Source: Cycas panzhihuaensis (Eukaryota; Plantae; Cycadophyta). From it: a stretch of DNA of 64,000 nucleotides. The notes below the pieces were generated by a model, which did no database searches, had not been told where the DNA came from, and saw only the letters and a list, made by a program, of their open reading frames with translations. Within the stretch, counting starts at the first letter, position 1. The number at the start of each line of letters is the position of its first letter. Positions 1 to 11,580 of the stretch are shown piece by piece. The position numbers and the translations under genes are program-made. Where the stretch lies: positions 125,309,741 to 125,373,740 of the forward strand of contig CM041465.1 of assembly GCA_023213395.1 (NCBI GenBank), read 5' to 3'.

Positions 1-687
1 ATGCCCAGTGCGATGTTACTATTAAAACAGATTTCTCTGCTGCTTTCATCAACATAGAAATAGAAATATAAATTATATTAATGCCCTCAAGTCACCAAAA
101 ACAGGCAACAGGACTGACAAAGCAGAGTCAAGTTATGGCACAGCAAGGAATGACCAGAGTATCTCCAATCCAAAGCTAGCCAAAAACATAGGGATGTTGA
201 TAAGAAAGCAAATAACTATCTCATAACAAATGTATGAATCTCAACATAACTATCTCTGGGAGGTGTAGACAAGCAACAACTGTAAGTTACAAGCACAATG
301 TCCTGTCGATGAGCTCTCTGTGCCCTACTCCTCACCATCAATAATTAAAAAATCTCTAATTGCATGCTTAATAAAAGCATCAAGCGAGTTTGGTCTTGAG
401 ATAAAAGGGAATTGATGATGAGAGATGCACAATACCTCGGTGCTTAATCACTTGAGCTCCATATTGCACGAAATTTGGAATGGCAAGTATGGGAGTATGC
501 ACTTTAACCATCCTACAATTTGGGTTTGCAAGTTCCAATCAAGGGCAACTCCATCTTCCTGAATCCTCATGGAAAGCTCTTTCCATTGTTACTTGTAGCG
601 ATAATTATGGGTGGGTTGATAATTAGTACACAATTCTCCAGAAAATTACTTATGCTGAACCAATATATCAACCTTCTAAGCACAAAT

Positions 688-1058
688 TGCAACTGCAAAT
701 AAGTTAAAAACAGCAGTCCAGAACTAGATAATAATAAAGCTAAATATCATATAATTGACGAACAAAATATGTATACAATGATGCTCAAACTAATCAAGTG
801 TTGAAGCTGAAATAGGATCCCTCTTCAAGACAAGGTGCCCTCCAAAAAATGTAGCCCAAGAGCCAATAATTTACAGCAAGGAGAAAATCTTGGCCGGCTA
901 AAACACATAATAAAGTCGGCTAGAAAATAAGTACCAAGTTGGTCACAACAACTGTACTAGGTCGGCCACAACAGCTGGGAAGAACTATAACAAAATATAC
1001 TTTATTAAAGTCGGTTTGTCAGCCATGTCGGAAGTTGGCCAACTGAGGGCATGCTACA
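688..1058 (-). mobile_element. Degenerate chromovirus-type LTR remnant
   Basis: Right end GCATGCTACA reads TGTAGCATGC on minus, like the other TGTAGCATTCC LTR starts in the window. Carries the GGAGGGCACCTTGTCTTGAAGAGGG motif at 819-846 on minus. Left boundary uncertain and no TSD found. Confidence 0.5.
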
Positions 1059-1457
1059 TTGCTCCTAGAGCAAACAACCTCACACTGAGCCAATTCCCTT
1101 TGCATAGAGTGTGAATTGAGCATTTTAAAAAAATTAAAAAAGTAGAGTGCGGATTGAATATTTTAGAAGTTTTAAAAAGGAAAAAAAATCAAAAGGAAAA
1201 AAATTAACAGAAAAACACAAATCAAAGAAAGAAAAACACAAACAAAAATTAAATGAAACCGTGCTCACAACCTCAATTTGCATATTTTTTTCAATTACAT
1301 AATTTCATTTTCTAGTGCTCTGAAAATGTGTCAAACTTGCAGCTACAAACCCAGACTTTCAGAAAGTAGGCTGGGTGCAAACTGCCAAACACACTGCAGC
1401 TTAGCTTGAGCTTTTCTTTTTGTTGTTGTAAATAATGCAAGCGGGCAAAAAAGAGCT

Positions 1458-2664
1458 ACTTGCATTCTTAATTTATGAGAAGCCAATTTTTAGGAGAATA
1501 AGGAGGATTAAATCGGTTTCTTAAAAAATAAAAAAGATTCATTAATGTGAAATTCGTATTTTCGAGAAAGAATAAGAAGTCAATTTTTAGAGAGAAAGTA
1601 AAAGTAAGGCTATAACTAGGGAGCATTATTCATTTGGAAAGCATCTTTGGAGAATTGATATTTTTTTATTTAGACTAATGGACTAGAGCCATTAGGGCAC
1701 TGTTGTGCCATTTGGGAGGAAACCCTCGCCTCAAAGAGGCCAATCACTGTTGTAATCTCATTTGATATTATGGTTTAGTTTACTGTTATAATCTGATATT
1801 ACTTGCTGCAATTCTGATATTATTCTGCGAAGATCTATTATCTATTAATATTCTGATTTATTGTGAACATCTAAATGTATTGATGGTTGAGATGCTAAAT
1901 TCTCAATTATTTATGGTATAACCATTACATTTTCTATCAATTTTCTGTGGGCATTGCCTCAATGTTCCAGACACAATCATCTGCAGATTCAGGTTACACA
2001 CCAATTATCTCCAACATAAGGCACAAGATTGAACCAATTTCTATGACATACATGATGTAGCAAATGGTGAATTGAAGAATATGTCAAAGGAGTGGACTCA
2101 AACAACTCCACAAACGACTACCTATACTTTGAGGGCAAAGTGTTTCAAGGAGAGAGGAGTTGTTGCATTCCTAATTTATGAGAAGTCAATTCTTAGGAGG
2201 AGGAGGAGGATTGAAGTCAGCTTTTAGGAAAATAAAGAAGATTTATTAATGTGAAGTCGATATTTTTAGGAGAGAAAATAAAAAATCGGTTTTTAAAGAG
2301 AGTAAAAGTAGGGCTATAACAAGGAAGCATTATTCATTTGTAAAGCATCTTTAAAGAATTGATATTTTAATCTGGACTAATGGCCTAAATCCATTAGGGT
2401 GCTGCTGTGCCATTTGGGAGAAAACCCTTGCCTTGAAGAAGGCAATCACTGTTGTAATCTCATCTAATATTATGGTTTATTCTACTGTTATAATCTGATA
2501 TTACTTGCTGCAATTCTGATATTATTCTGTGAAGACCTATTATCTATTAATATTCCGATTTATTGTGAATATTAAATGCATTGATGGTTGAGATGCAATT
2601 CTGATATTATTCTGTGGAGATCTATTTCCTGCCAATTTTCTGTGGGCATCGTTTCAGAGCTACA
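1458..2664 (+). mobile_element. Internally deleted chromovirus-related LTR element (two ~500 bp LTRs, ~200 bp internal remnant)
   Basis: 1458-~1955 and 2161-2664 are direct repeats. The second reads TGTTGCATTC...GAGCTACA and is preceded by an AGGG hairpin and PPT (AAGGAGAGAGGAG). The first lacks its 3' end and PBS. No clean TSD. Confidence 0.75.
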
Positions 2665-5600
2665 AAAGGAAAACAGAGGCCTACAATGCAAAGCATAATC
2701 AGAACAAAGAAAATACATGATCAACAAATTTTACAAAGATAAATATTGTAACAAAGAGAAAATGCCCCTCACATAATGTTTGAAACACATCATAAATATA
2801 CAGCATTTAGCATAACATTAAATAGAGAGTCTGCTGATTTTCGAAATATTGGAACAGAAACTTACGCACTATTTCCCATGGAACAGCTAATACAAAGTAA
2901 TGCAGCAATGAGATCAGAACTCTTACTTGGATAAAAATTTGACTAACAATTCAAACTCCTCAACATTGACATTTGACACACAATGGTTGAGCTTTTTTTG
3001 AGAAACTAACTCTTCCATAACTGCTACTATGCACTGAAACAACAATGTCAATAAAACAACTTCAAATAAAAATCTTTAACAATAATTTAGTGGAATATGC
3101 TATATGTGTAACTGTAAATGATTAATCTGAAAAATAGAACTGCTGACAATAAAATGCATCCAAGAATCAATCAGATGATTTCATCTTCCAATAACTGGAA
3201 TTGTAGAAAAATCAAGCAGATAAATCAAACCTCACAACCACAAGTTGGTGTAGAAGATAAGAGAGAGAAAAAAAGACAATAATGACGAATTGAAAGATAG
3301 AATATGAAGGGCAGTGCACTCGCCCTTTCTTCCCATCAATAATAGAATATATGCGACAATGTCTCCATCCTAAAGAATACATGCAGGATAAGGTACAACC
3401 ATGGGGCATATTGTAGGAACTTTGCACATACAAATTTGAAAGCATTAATTAAAATTATCCAGACAATATTAAATTTTCAAAATAGGCATCCGTACAGTCC
3501 AAGATGTACACAAGTTCCATACACACCAATGCATTCCCATATGTACCCTAATTCCATACACATCCACACGTCCCAACATAAACCCTTCAGGCCTTCCATG
3601 CATTTCTGGAAATGTTTGCAAACCAGTGAGGAGTCCAGTCATGCATTCTACATTTTCAGCTCACGCTACATAGAATCACTGCCCCTGCTAGTATGTGCAA
3701 AGGAAAAGGGTAGAAAGGATCAAAAACATTTGAATGGCAAAAGCCTATAAGCAAAACTATTTGAGGGAAAAACCCTTACCCGCCCTTGTAGATAACTGGG
3801 AGCAGAAAAGAAAATAAGCTAGAAATATTCACACTCCCTCACATAATTGTTTGCTTCAACCATGGACATGTTTGGCTGCGCAAAGCCTTTGAGGAAGCCA
3901 TCATCATCAACAGAGGCACAGTCAAAACAGAACATTTATCCCATACACAAACACCTCTCGTGGCAAGGTCACCTCATTTATATTATAATACAAATAGCTT
4001 ATATTATATCACACTGCATTATGTTAATGTAGGTGTTGAACAATAGTGTATTAAGAGTCAAGAGTTTCATCAGTTTATTATGTTCAAAGACCAACAAAGC
4101 CTAGTTGTCACTGTGATGGCAGGTTTTAACTAAACCTTTGACAGCTAGGGGACCTTCTAATGCCACAAAAGAGGCCTTCAAATGTGGAAGAGCCACCAAA
4201 ATGAATTTTCTCTAAGGGATTGCAAGAATCAAGCAAACAAAGGGCTTTAAGATGATCAAAAGAAGCCAAATTAAGAAGAGCTAAGCGGTTAAGCCTCAAT
4301 AAGAGCCATGAGACTAAGGGACAGTCTATTGAGGGATCCAAGACAGGTGGAGCCCAAACACCCCAAGAGCAAGAACTTGTGAGATTTGGGGAACAAATGG
4401 TAATAACACCTGCCCCAATTGGATCTAATATCATTAACCCAAACAAGGGGAAATTTCTGAATGAAGAAAAATTGGAACAAAATAATATCTCGAGAAAAGA
4501 TGAAACCCTAGGGAAGGTGGAAGAAACAAGTGTGGACTATACTCTAAAGGACCTAAGTGATAACAAGGAGAAGGCAGAGGAAGGTCCCTCTGCATATTGC
4601 AAAAATATACTAACAAGGCAACTATTTGAACATTTGTCAAATAAGGGGCCTGAGCAACGATACTTAATAGTGACACCATTGGCTGTACAAGTACCAAGAG
4701 TGCATGAACCCATTCATTTGATAACACCTTTTAAGAGTCCTCTATTTGGAAGGGACAGTGCTAGGGGAAGCACATCGAGAACGCCACCCAAACCTAGAAT
4801 TGTGGGAAATGTGAAGATATCTCTAGAAGAAGCAACCACATCCTTAGAGGGAGGAATTTCACCATCACTAGGAGGCACAACATTAAACTCACAAAGGATG
4901 GACAACTCAAGGGAGTTTGGGAAGCTAATTTTCAAATGACACGTTTGATGTTGATGAGCACATGTATCTCTTTCAAAATTTGATAGATGTGAAGAAAATT
5001 AATGATGAGCAAGAAATTAAGGCAAGATTTGCTTGCACCCTAAGAGGGTATCATTGGCATGGTACAAGGAATTAGACAAAGTAGAAACATGAGAAATGTG
5101 AAAAATCTTTTTGATGAGAGATTTCAGAAGTTTCATAGTAATGAGGTTATCAAAATTGCATTAAAAGAAATCAAACGAATCAGTGTTAACCTACATCAGC
5201 CATATGAAAATGATTCCAACCCGTATGACAAACGAGACAGTGACAAACCACAATATGAAGAATTACTTTGTCAAAGGATTAAATGAAAAGTTAAGATCTA
5301 TGATGCACACGCATCCTCTTAAGTCCTTCAAGAATGCCCAAGAGTTAGATTTGGACTTTGAGACAGAGATGGATGCCCAAACGGGAGGTCATGACCCATT
5401 ATTACTTAGATTACAAGAGAAACTACAGGAATTGAAGCAAAACCATTGTAGTCAACTTGTTTATTAGGTGGAGAAGATAGAAGAAGAGTTAGAAATAAAA
5501 AATCTAAGAAGGGAAGTGGCACGATTGAAAATGAAAAACAAAAGGGAAGAGGAAGAAAACAAAAAAAAAAAAGAAAGGAAAAGGAATCAAATTGGAGAAA

Positions 5601-5811
5601 TGGTGCCACATTTGCGAAGAGGACTCACACTCTACAAAGGAATGTGAGCTAAATCCCAAGAATAGTGAAGTCAGAAAACAAGATAAGTGGTGTCACATTT
5701 GTGATGTGGACAACCACAATACGAAGGACTATTATTTTAACCCAAAGGGGAGAAGTTACAGAGGTCGAAGCACATGAAGAGGCATTGACTCAACAAGACA
5801 CCTTTTTGCAA

Positions 5812-6396
5812 TATAACATTCAAAAAAACTAGTCAAAACTATGCCATATAACCATTCAAATCGAAGGCCTCTGGATGAAGATTCCAACAATTCAGACAAA
5901 AGTCAATTCCGACATCTCTATCAAAAGTTATAACCGTTTCAAGTTAGCCTACCAGTTTTAGAGAAGCTCTGGCTGACTTCTATTTAAATAGTATTAAGGA
6001 TAATATCACCCAGTCTGGCCGACTTCTAATTGAAGTATTTTGATCATTATACATAGGAAGATTGGGCCGCATCCCAAACCATCATTCGGAGGTTCCTTTG
6101 GTTGCGCATTTTCGGTTCTAGGGCTGCAATTAGCTCGCCCATTTGGGGCTGCAGTTCAGAGGGTTCCTCGCCTCGAAGAGAGAAGCTCAATTCTTCAAGG
6201 AAGATTGGTATTTTGTTGTAATTTCGCTCTATTTTGATATTATTTGACAATAAAGATTATTATTTGCTTCTGTGGATTCTGTAATTCCTGTTCCTTATTC
6301 ATTTTCTTATTGAATAGCATCTAGTTATTGTTTTTTGTGGATTATTACCTGTATTTTTTAGGAAAATTGCCATAAAAGTATAACTAGATCGCTACA
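5812..6396 (+). repeat. 5' LTR of chromovirus
   Basis: TATAACATTC...GCTACA (TG mutated to TA). About 50 differences in 585 bp versus the 3' LTR by manual count, mostly transitions. Confidence 0.97.
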
Positions 6397-6398
6397 AG

Positions 6399-6410
6399 TG
6401 GTATCAGAGC
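6399..6410 (+). promoter_or_regulatory. Primer-binding site, tRNA-iMet
   Basis: TGGTATCAGAGC 2 nt after the LTR end. Confidence 0.95.
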
Positions 6411-6540
6411 TTCATTTCGAGGGGAAAGGGCAAAGGTAAAAACACAAAAAAGGTTGAAAATTCCCCTCCCCCCCCCCCCCCCCCCCCCAAGGGAAATAGG
6501 AACGAAATTGAGATCAAGGAAAAACCTCATTCCCAGGAAG

Positions 6541-9500
6541 ATGGCAGCCCAATCCAGAACCTCAACAGAAAAAATTGAAGGTGCATCAAAATTAAACCAA
6601 AGCATAAAGGCTTTAACAATCTTAATCCAGGAGTTACTAGCAAAAGCAAATCAAGCAACACAAAATGTGTCGGGTGGAGAAATGGATAATAGCAATGCAT
6701 TAGGAATAGATCAGATAGATACCTAGAACAATCAAGAAAACCAAGGGAATAGATTTGATGGACGAGTTTATGAAAGGAGAACTTGCAACATGGATAGTGG
6801 ATGGAAAGGAGCAAGATTATCCTTGGAAAAATTTGATCCCAAAGTATCCAAGAATATCACAAATTGAATCTTACAAATGGAGAACTATTTCAGGGTCTAT
6901 AACTCAATAGCTAAGGAAAAGATGGAAATAACATCCTTACACTTAAATAAAAGGATGTTAAGGTGGTACTATTGGTGGCAAAAGATGAACATACCAATAC
7001 AACAGACTTGGGAGAATCTAAAAGGAGGATTAGTAGAGCAATATAACAATTCTTGGAACACGGATTACTTTGTTCAATTAACACGATTACATCAACAAGG
7101 AACAGTCCAAGAATATACGGAACAATTTCAAACACTACAATGTATGGTCTTAGAAAAAATACCGCAGGAATGTTTACCGGAGACTTATATTAGTGGATTG
7201 AAAAATCAGATCAAATTTAGAGTTAAAGCAGCAGATCCACCACAACTCCAAGTAGCAATTCAAATAGCAAGAAATATGGAGGCAGAACTCAGAGACAGTA
7301 AACCAACGTATACAAGGAGATATGAGCCACCATCATATTAGACCCAAAATCCTAATTGGGCAAAATCAGAAACAAAGGCAGATCCTCTGTTAACTATAAG
7401 AAATATTGGAGAAAGCTCAGGAACAACAAAAGAGGAGCATATAAGGAAAGGGACGTGCTTCAAGTGTGGAGGAAAATAGAATAAGGAACACCAGTGCCCG
7501 CTAAAGAAAGTTTTCATGATCAATAATGAGGATGCAGAAATACGAGAAGAAGTAGAGCAATAAGTAGAACAAGACTAGAGCATAGAAAGGGAGGAAAATG
7601 AACTTCTGGAAGTAGATATAGGGAATGTCCAAATCTCATTGTAGGCCATTACGGGGCAACAGGTATCCCCACAAACCCTAAGATTCCAAGGACAAATCAA
7701 GGGAACACCAATATCAATTTTGGTTGTCAGCGGGGGTACACACAATTTTATAAACAAGGCAACAGCAGAAAAACTGGGATTACAAGTGAAACCCCTCAAC
7801 ACATTCCAGGTGTCAATAGCAAATGGGAGAACAACGCTATATAGAGGATACTGCAAAGATACAACTCTCCAGATCAACGATTACAAGGTCACAACTTGTA
7901 TGTTTGTCATGCCCATAGGCGAAGTGGACACAGTTCTGGGGATTCAATGGCTGCAGACGCTGGGAAACATCATTACCAACTATATGACAAGATTTATATG
8001 TTTTCGACAAAAATGACGCAAATATCGACTACAAGCCCTAGCCGCACCTCCAATTCAGCTTGTATCATCTCACAGGATGGAAAAAATTCTAAAGAATCCG
8101 CAAGCGTACATAATGTCATGTTACAAAGTAAAAATAGAAGACGTTCCCCTAGAGATTCAAGCAATCTTAGAAGAACATCAGAGCGTTTTTGAAGAACCCC
8201 AAGGACTACTACCGAAAAGGGAATTGGAACATGCAATAGACCTTATCCTCGGAGCAATACCAGTCAACATTCCTCTATATAGACATCCTTATCATCTCAA
8301 GAAGGAAATTGAAAAAATCACACAAGAACTGTCACTCCAAGGCATAGTGGTGAAAAGCACGAGTCCATTCACCTCTCCCGTGGTGGTCAATCGAAAGAAG
8401 GACGAATCTTACAGAATGTGTGTGGATTATCATGGCCTAAATAAATTGACCATAAAGAATTGGTATCCTATCCCAAGGATTGAAGATTTATTAGATGAGT
8501 TACATGGAGCCCAATACTTTTGAAAGATAGATTTGCACTAAAGATACTACCAAATAAGGGTCAAAGAAGAAGATGTCTACAAAACTACATTCAGAACGCA
8601 TGAAGGGTTATTTGAATTCAGGGTTATGCCTTTCGACTTAACAAATGCTCTAGCTACTTTCCAAAGCACTATGAATTCAATATTAAAACATATTCTAAGG
8701 AAATTTAGGCTGGTTTTCTCTGATGATATCTTGATCTACAACAAAACATGCGAAGAACATATGGAACATATGAAGGTAGTTCAGCTAATACTTGAGAAAG
8801 CGCAATTGTTTGCAAATAAGAAAAAGTATTCTTTCGCAAAAGAGGAATTAGAATATCTGGGCCACATTATCACAGTCGAAGGAATCAAAATCAATCCAAA
8901 AAAGATCCAGGCAATTGTAAACTGACCAACCCCGAAGAATGTCACAGGAGTAAGAAGTTTTTTAGGCGCAATGGGATTTCTAAGAAAGTTCATAAAAGGG
9001 TATGCACACATAGCATCGTCACTAACAGACCTAACCAAAAAGGATGCGTTCAAATAGAATTCAGGAGCAGAAGGAGCATTTCAAGAATTAAAACAAGCAA
9101 TGATTACAGCTCCAGTATTGGCCTTACCAGAGTTCACTCAACCATTCACATTGGAATGTGATGCTTCAGGTTTTGGAATAGGAGTAGTTCTGTCACAAGG
9201 AGGAAGGCCTATAGCTTATGAAAGCTGGAAGCTGAATAATAGGGAAAAAATGAAACCAATATATGACAAAGAGATGCTGGCCATTATGCATGCAATACAC
9301 CAATGGAAGTAGTATTTATTAGGGAGCAGATTTGTGGTCAGAACTGATCATGACAACCTCAAGTACTTTCTGAATCAAAAGGCATTATCCGATGAGCAAC
9401 AAAAGTGGATCAGTAAGTTGCAGACTTTCGACTTCACCATAGAATACAAAAAGGGGAAAGAAAACATAATAGTGGATGCTCTATCCAGACTGTCAGAGGA

Positions 9501-10965
9501 AGGAAAGATTGAAGCCTCATCCAATTCAATGACAATAGCAACTCCAAAATGGACAACAGAGTTGGCAAAGGAATACGAAGACGACAAGATATCACAAGAA
9601 ATAAGACAAAAGATTGCAGAAGGAAAAGTAGTGCAGTTCACGGAACAAGGAGAATTAATTCTAAGGAAAGGAAAAATATTTGTTCCAAAGACAAGTAATC
9701 TAAAAGAAGCGTTATTTCAAGAAGCTCACTCAACTCCAATTTTAGGATATTTAGGGATGGATAAGACTTACAGAAGGCTTCGAAGTTCATTTTACTGGAA
9801 AGGGTTGAAATCTGACGTCCTCTGGTTTGTATCAGAATGTGATACATGTCAAAGGAATAAGACTGAATCTGTGAAGACACCTGGGTTGCTCCAACCCCTT
9901 CCCATTCCCCATAAAAAATGGGAAGAAATTTCTATGGACTTTATTACGTATCTTCCGCATTCAGAACGAAGAGATGCAACTTTTGTAGTGGTAGATAGAT
10001 TAACCAAATATGCCCATTTCAGGGGAACTTAGACAAGAGCAAAAGCAAGCCAAATAACAGAATTATATATGAAAGAAATTCACAGACTACATGGCTTTCC
10101 AAAAGTTATAGTCAGCAACAGGGATCCCAAATTCACAAGTCACTTTTGGAAGGAGCTATTCAAATCAGCTGGCACTAGCCTACACATGAGCTCAGCATAC
10201 CACCCGCAGACAGATGGCCAGACAGAAATAGTTAACAAATGTGTGGAGGAATACTTAAGAAACCTTGCATCAGATAAACAGACGCAATGGCATCGATGGC
10301 TCCATCTGGCAGAATGGTGGTATAACACCACATACCACACAGCGGCTAAAATGTCACCATTTCAAGCCCTATATGAGTATGAACCTCCATCACTCTTGAA
10401 TTGGCTAAATACATCTAAAGTGCAAACAATCCAAGAAAACTTGCAAAAGATGCAAAAAACAATTTGAATACTAAAGAATAATTTGGAGATGGCAAAGAAT
10501 AGGATGAAACAACAAGCAGATATAAAGAGATCTGAACAGAGTTTTGAGATAAGAGAATGGGTATTCTTAAGACTCCAACCCTACAAACAGATGTTGATGA
10601 AACAAAATAATCGATATAAATTATCACCAAGATTCTTTGGACCATATCAAATCGAGGAGCGCATATGGGAAGTCGCATAACAGTTAAAACTGCCACCAGA
10701 AAGCAAAATCCACAATATCTTCCATGTGTCTTGTTTAAAGAAAAAGTTGGGCGGAAAGGAGGCTCCACAAACAAATTTACCAACACTAGATGAAGAAGGA
10801 ACGATGATAGTGGAACCTGAGGGGCTACTAAAGACCAAGCACAATAATTTGCAATCCAGAATAATAAAAGAATATGTCATCAAATGGAAGACATTAGAGC
10901 TTGAAGATGCAATGTGGGAGTCTGAAGAATGGATGCAAAAAAATGGGCCCTTAGCAATGCTTTGA
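6541..10965 (+). pseudogene. gag-pol polyprotein pseudogene with C-terminal chromodomain
   Basis: Gag MENYFRVY...QLTRLHQQGTVQEY; protease LVVSGGTHNFI; RT YRMCVDY...LVFSDDILIY; RH LECDASGFGIG; INT WEEISMDFI...HPQTDGQTE, GPY; chromodomain EYVIKWKTLELEDAMWE. Broken by in-frame stops. Confidence 0.95.
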
Positions 10966-10981
10966 GGGCAAAGCATGTTTT

Positions 10982-10993
10982 GAAGGGGAGGGA
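10982..10993 (+). promoter_or_regulatory. Polypurine tract
   Basis: GAAGGGGAGGGA just before the 3' LTR. Confidence 0.9.
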
Positions 10994-10995
10994 CT

Positions 10996-11580
10996 TGTAA
11001 CATTCCAAAAAACTAGTCAAAACTATTCCATGTAGCCATTCAAATCGAAGGCCTCTGAATGAGGATTCCAACAGTTCAGACGAAAACCAATTCCAACATC
11101 TCTATCAAAAGTTATGGTTGTTTAAAGTTAGCCTGCCAATTTTGGAGAAGTTCTAGCTGACTTCTATTTAAGCAGTATTAAGGATAATATTACCCAGTCT
11201 GGCCGACTTCTAAGTGAAGTATTTTGATCACTATATATAGGAAGTTTGGGCCGCATCCCAACCCATCATTCGGAGGTTCTTTTGGTTGCACATTTTCGGT
11301 TCTAGGGTTGCAATTAACTCGCCCATTTGGGGTTGTAGTTCAGAGGGTTCCTCACCTCGAAGAGGGAAGCTCACTTCTTCAGGGAAGACTGGTATTTTGT
11401 TGTAATTTCGCTCTATTTTGATATTATTTGACAATAAAGATTATTATTTACTTCTGTGGATTCTATAATTCCTATTCCTTGTTCATTTTCTTGTTGAATA
11501 GCATCTAGTTATTGTTTTTTGTGCATTATTACCTATATTTTTTAGGAAAATTGCTATAAAAGTAGAACTAGATCGCTACA
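10996..11580 (+). repeat. 3' LTR of chromovirus
   Basis: TGTAACATTC...GCTACA, followed by TSD TGCAA. Confidence 0.97.

Larger units (their letters stand above)
5812..11580 (+). mobile_element. Structurally complete Ty3/gypsy chromovirus (Reina-like size and layout), coding region decayed
   Basis: Two 585 bp LTRs, TSD TGCAA (5807-5811 and 11581-11585), PBS, PPT. Domain order gag-PR-RT-RH-INT-chromodomain. Confidence 0.97.

Noticed and set aside
1441-1467. LTR-LTR circle junction (AGAGCTAC joined to TTGCATTC)
   Set aside because: Only about 8 matching bases, too short to separate from chance.
1458-2664. TRIM or Cassandra element
   Set aside because: The left LTR lacks its 3' end and PBS, there is no TSD and no 5S rRNA-like segment. 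Post-insertion deletion is the simpler explanation.
6153-6187. LTR motif as an HDV-like or hammerhead ribozyme (GAGG-GTTCCTCG-CCTC resembles HDV P3/L3)
   Set aside because: No consistent P1/P2/P4 or J4/2 could be built across copies and there is no CTGATGA...GAAA core. The double-hairpin reading fits more instances.
6454-6540. Poly-proline N-terminal ORF extension
   Set aside because: Artefact of a 21-C run (6468-6488) in the leader. The homologous leader near 37670-37690 has only a short C-rich tract.
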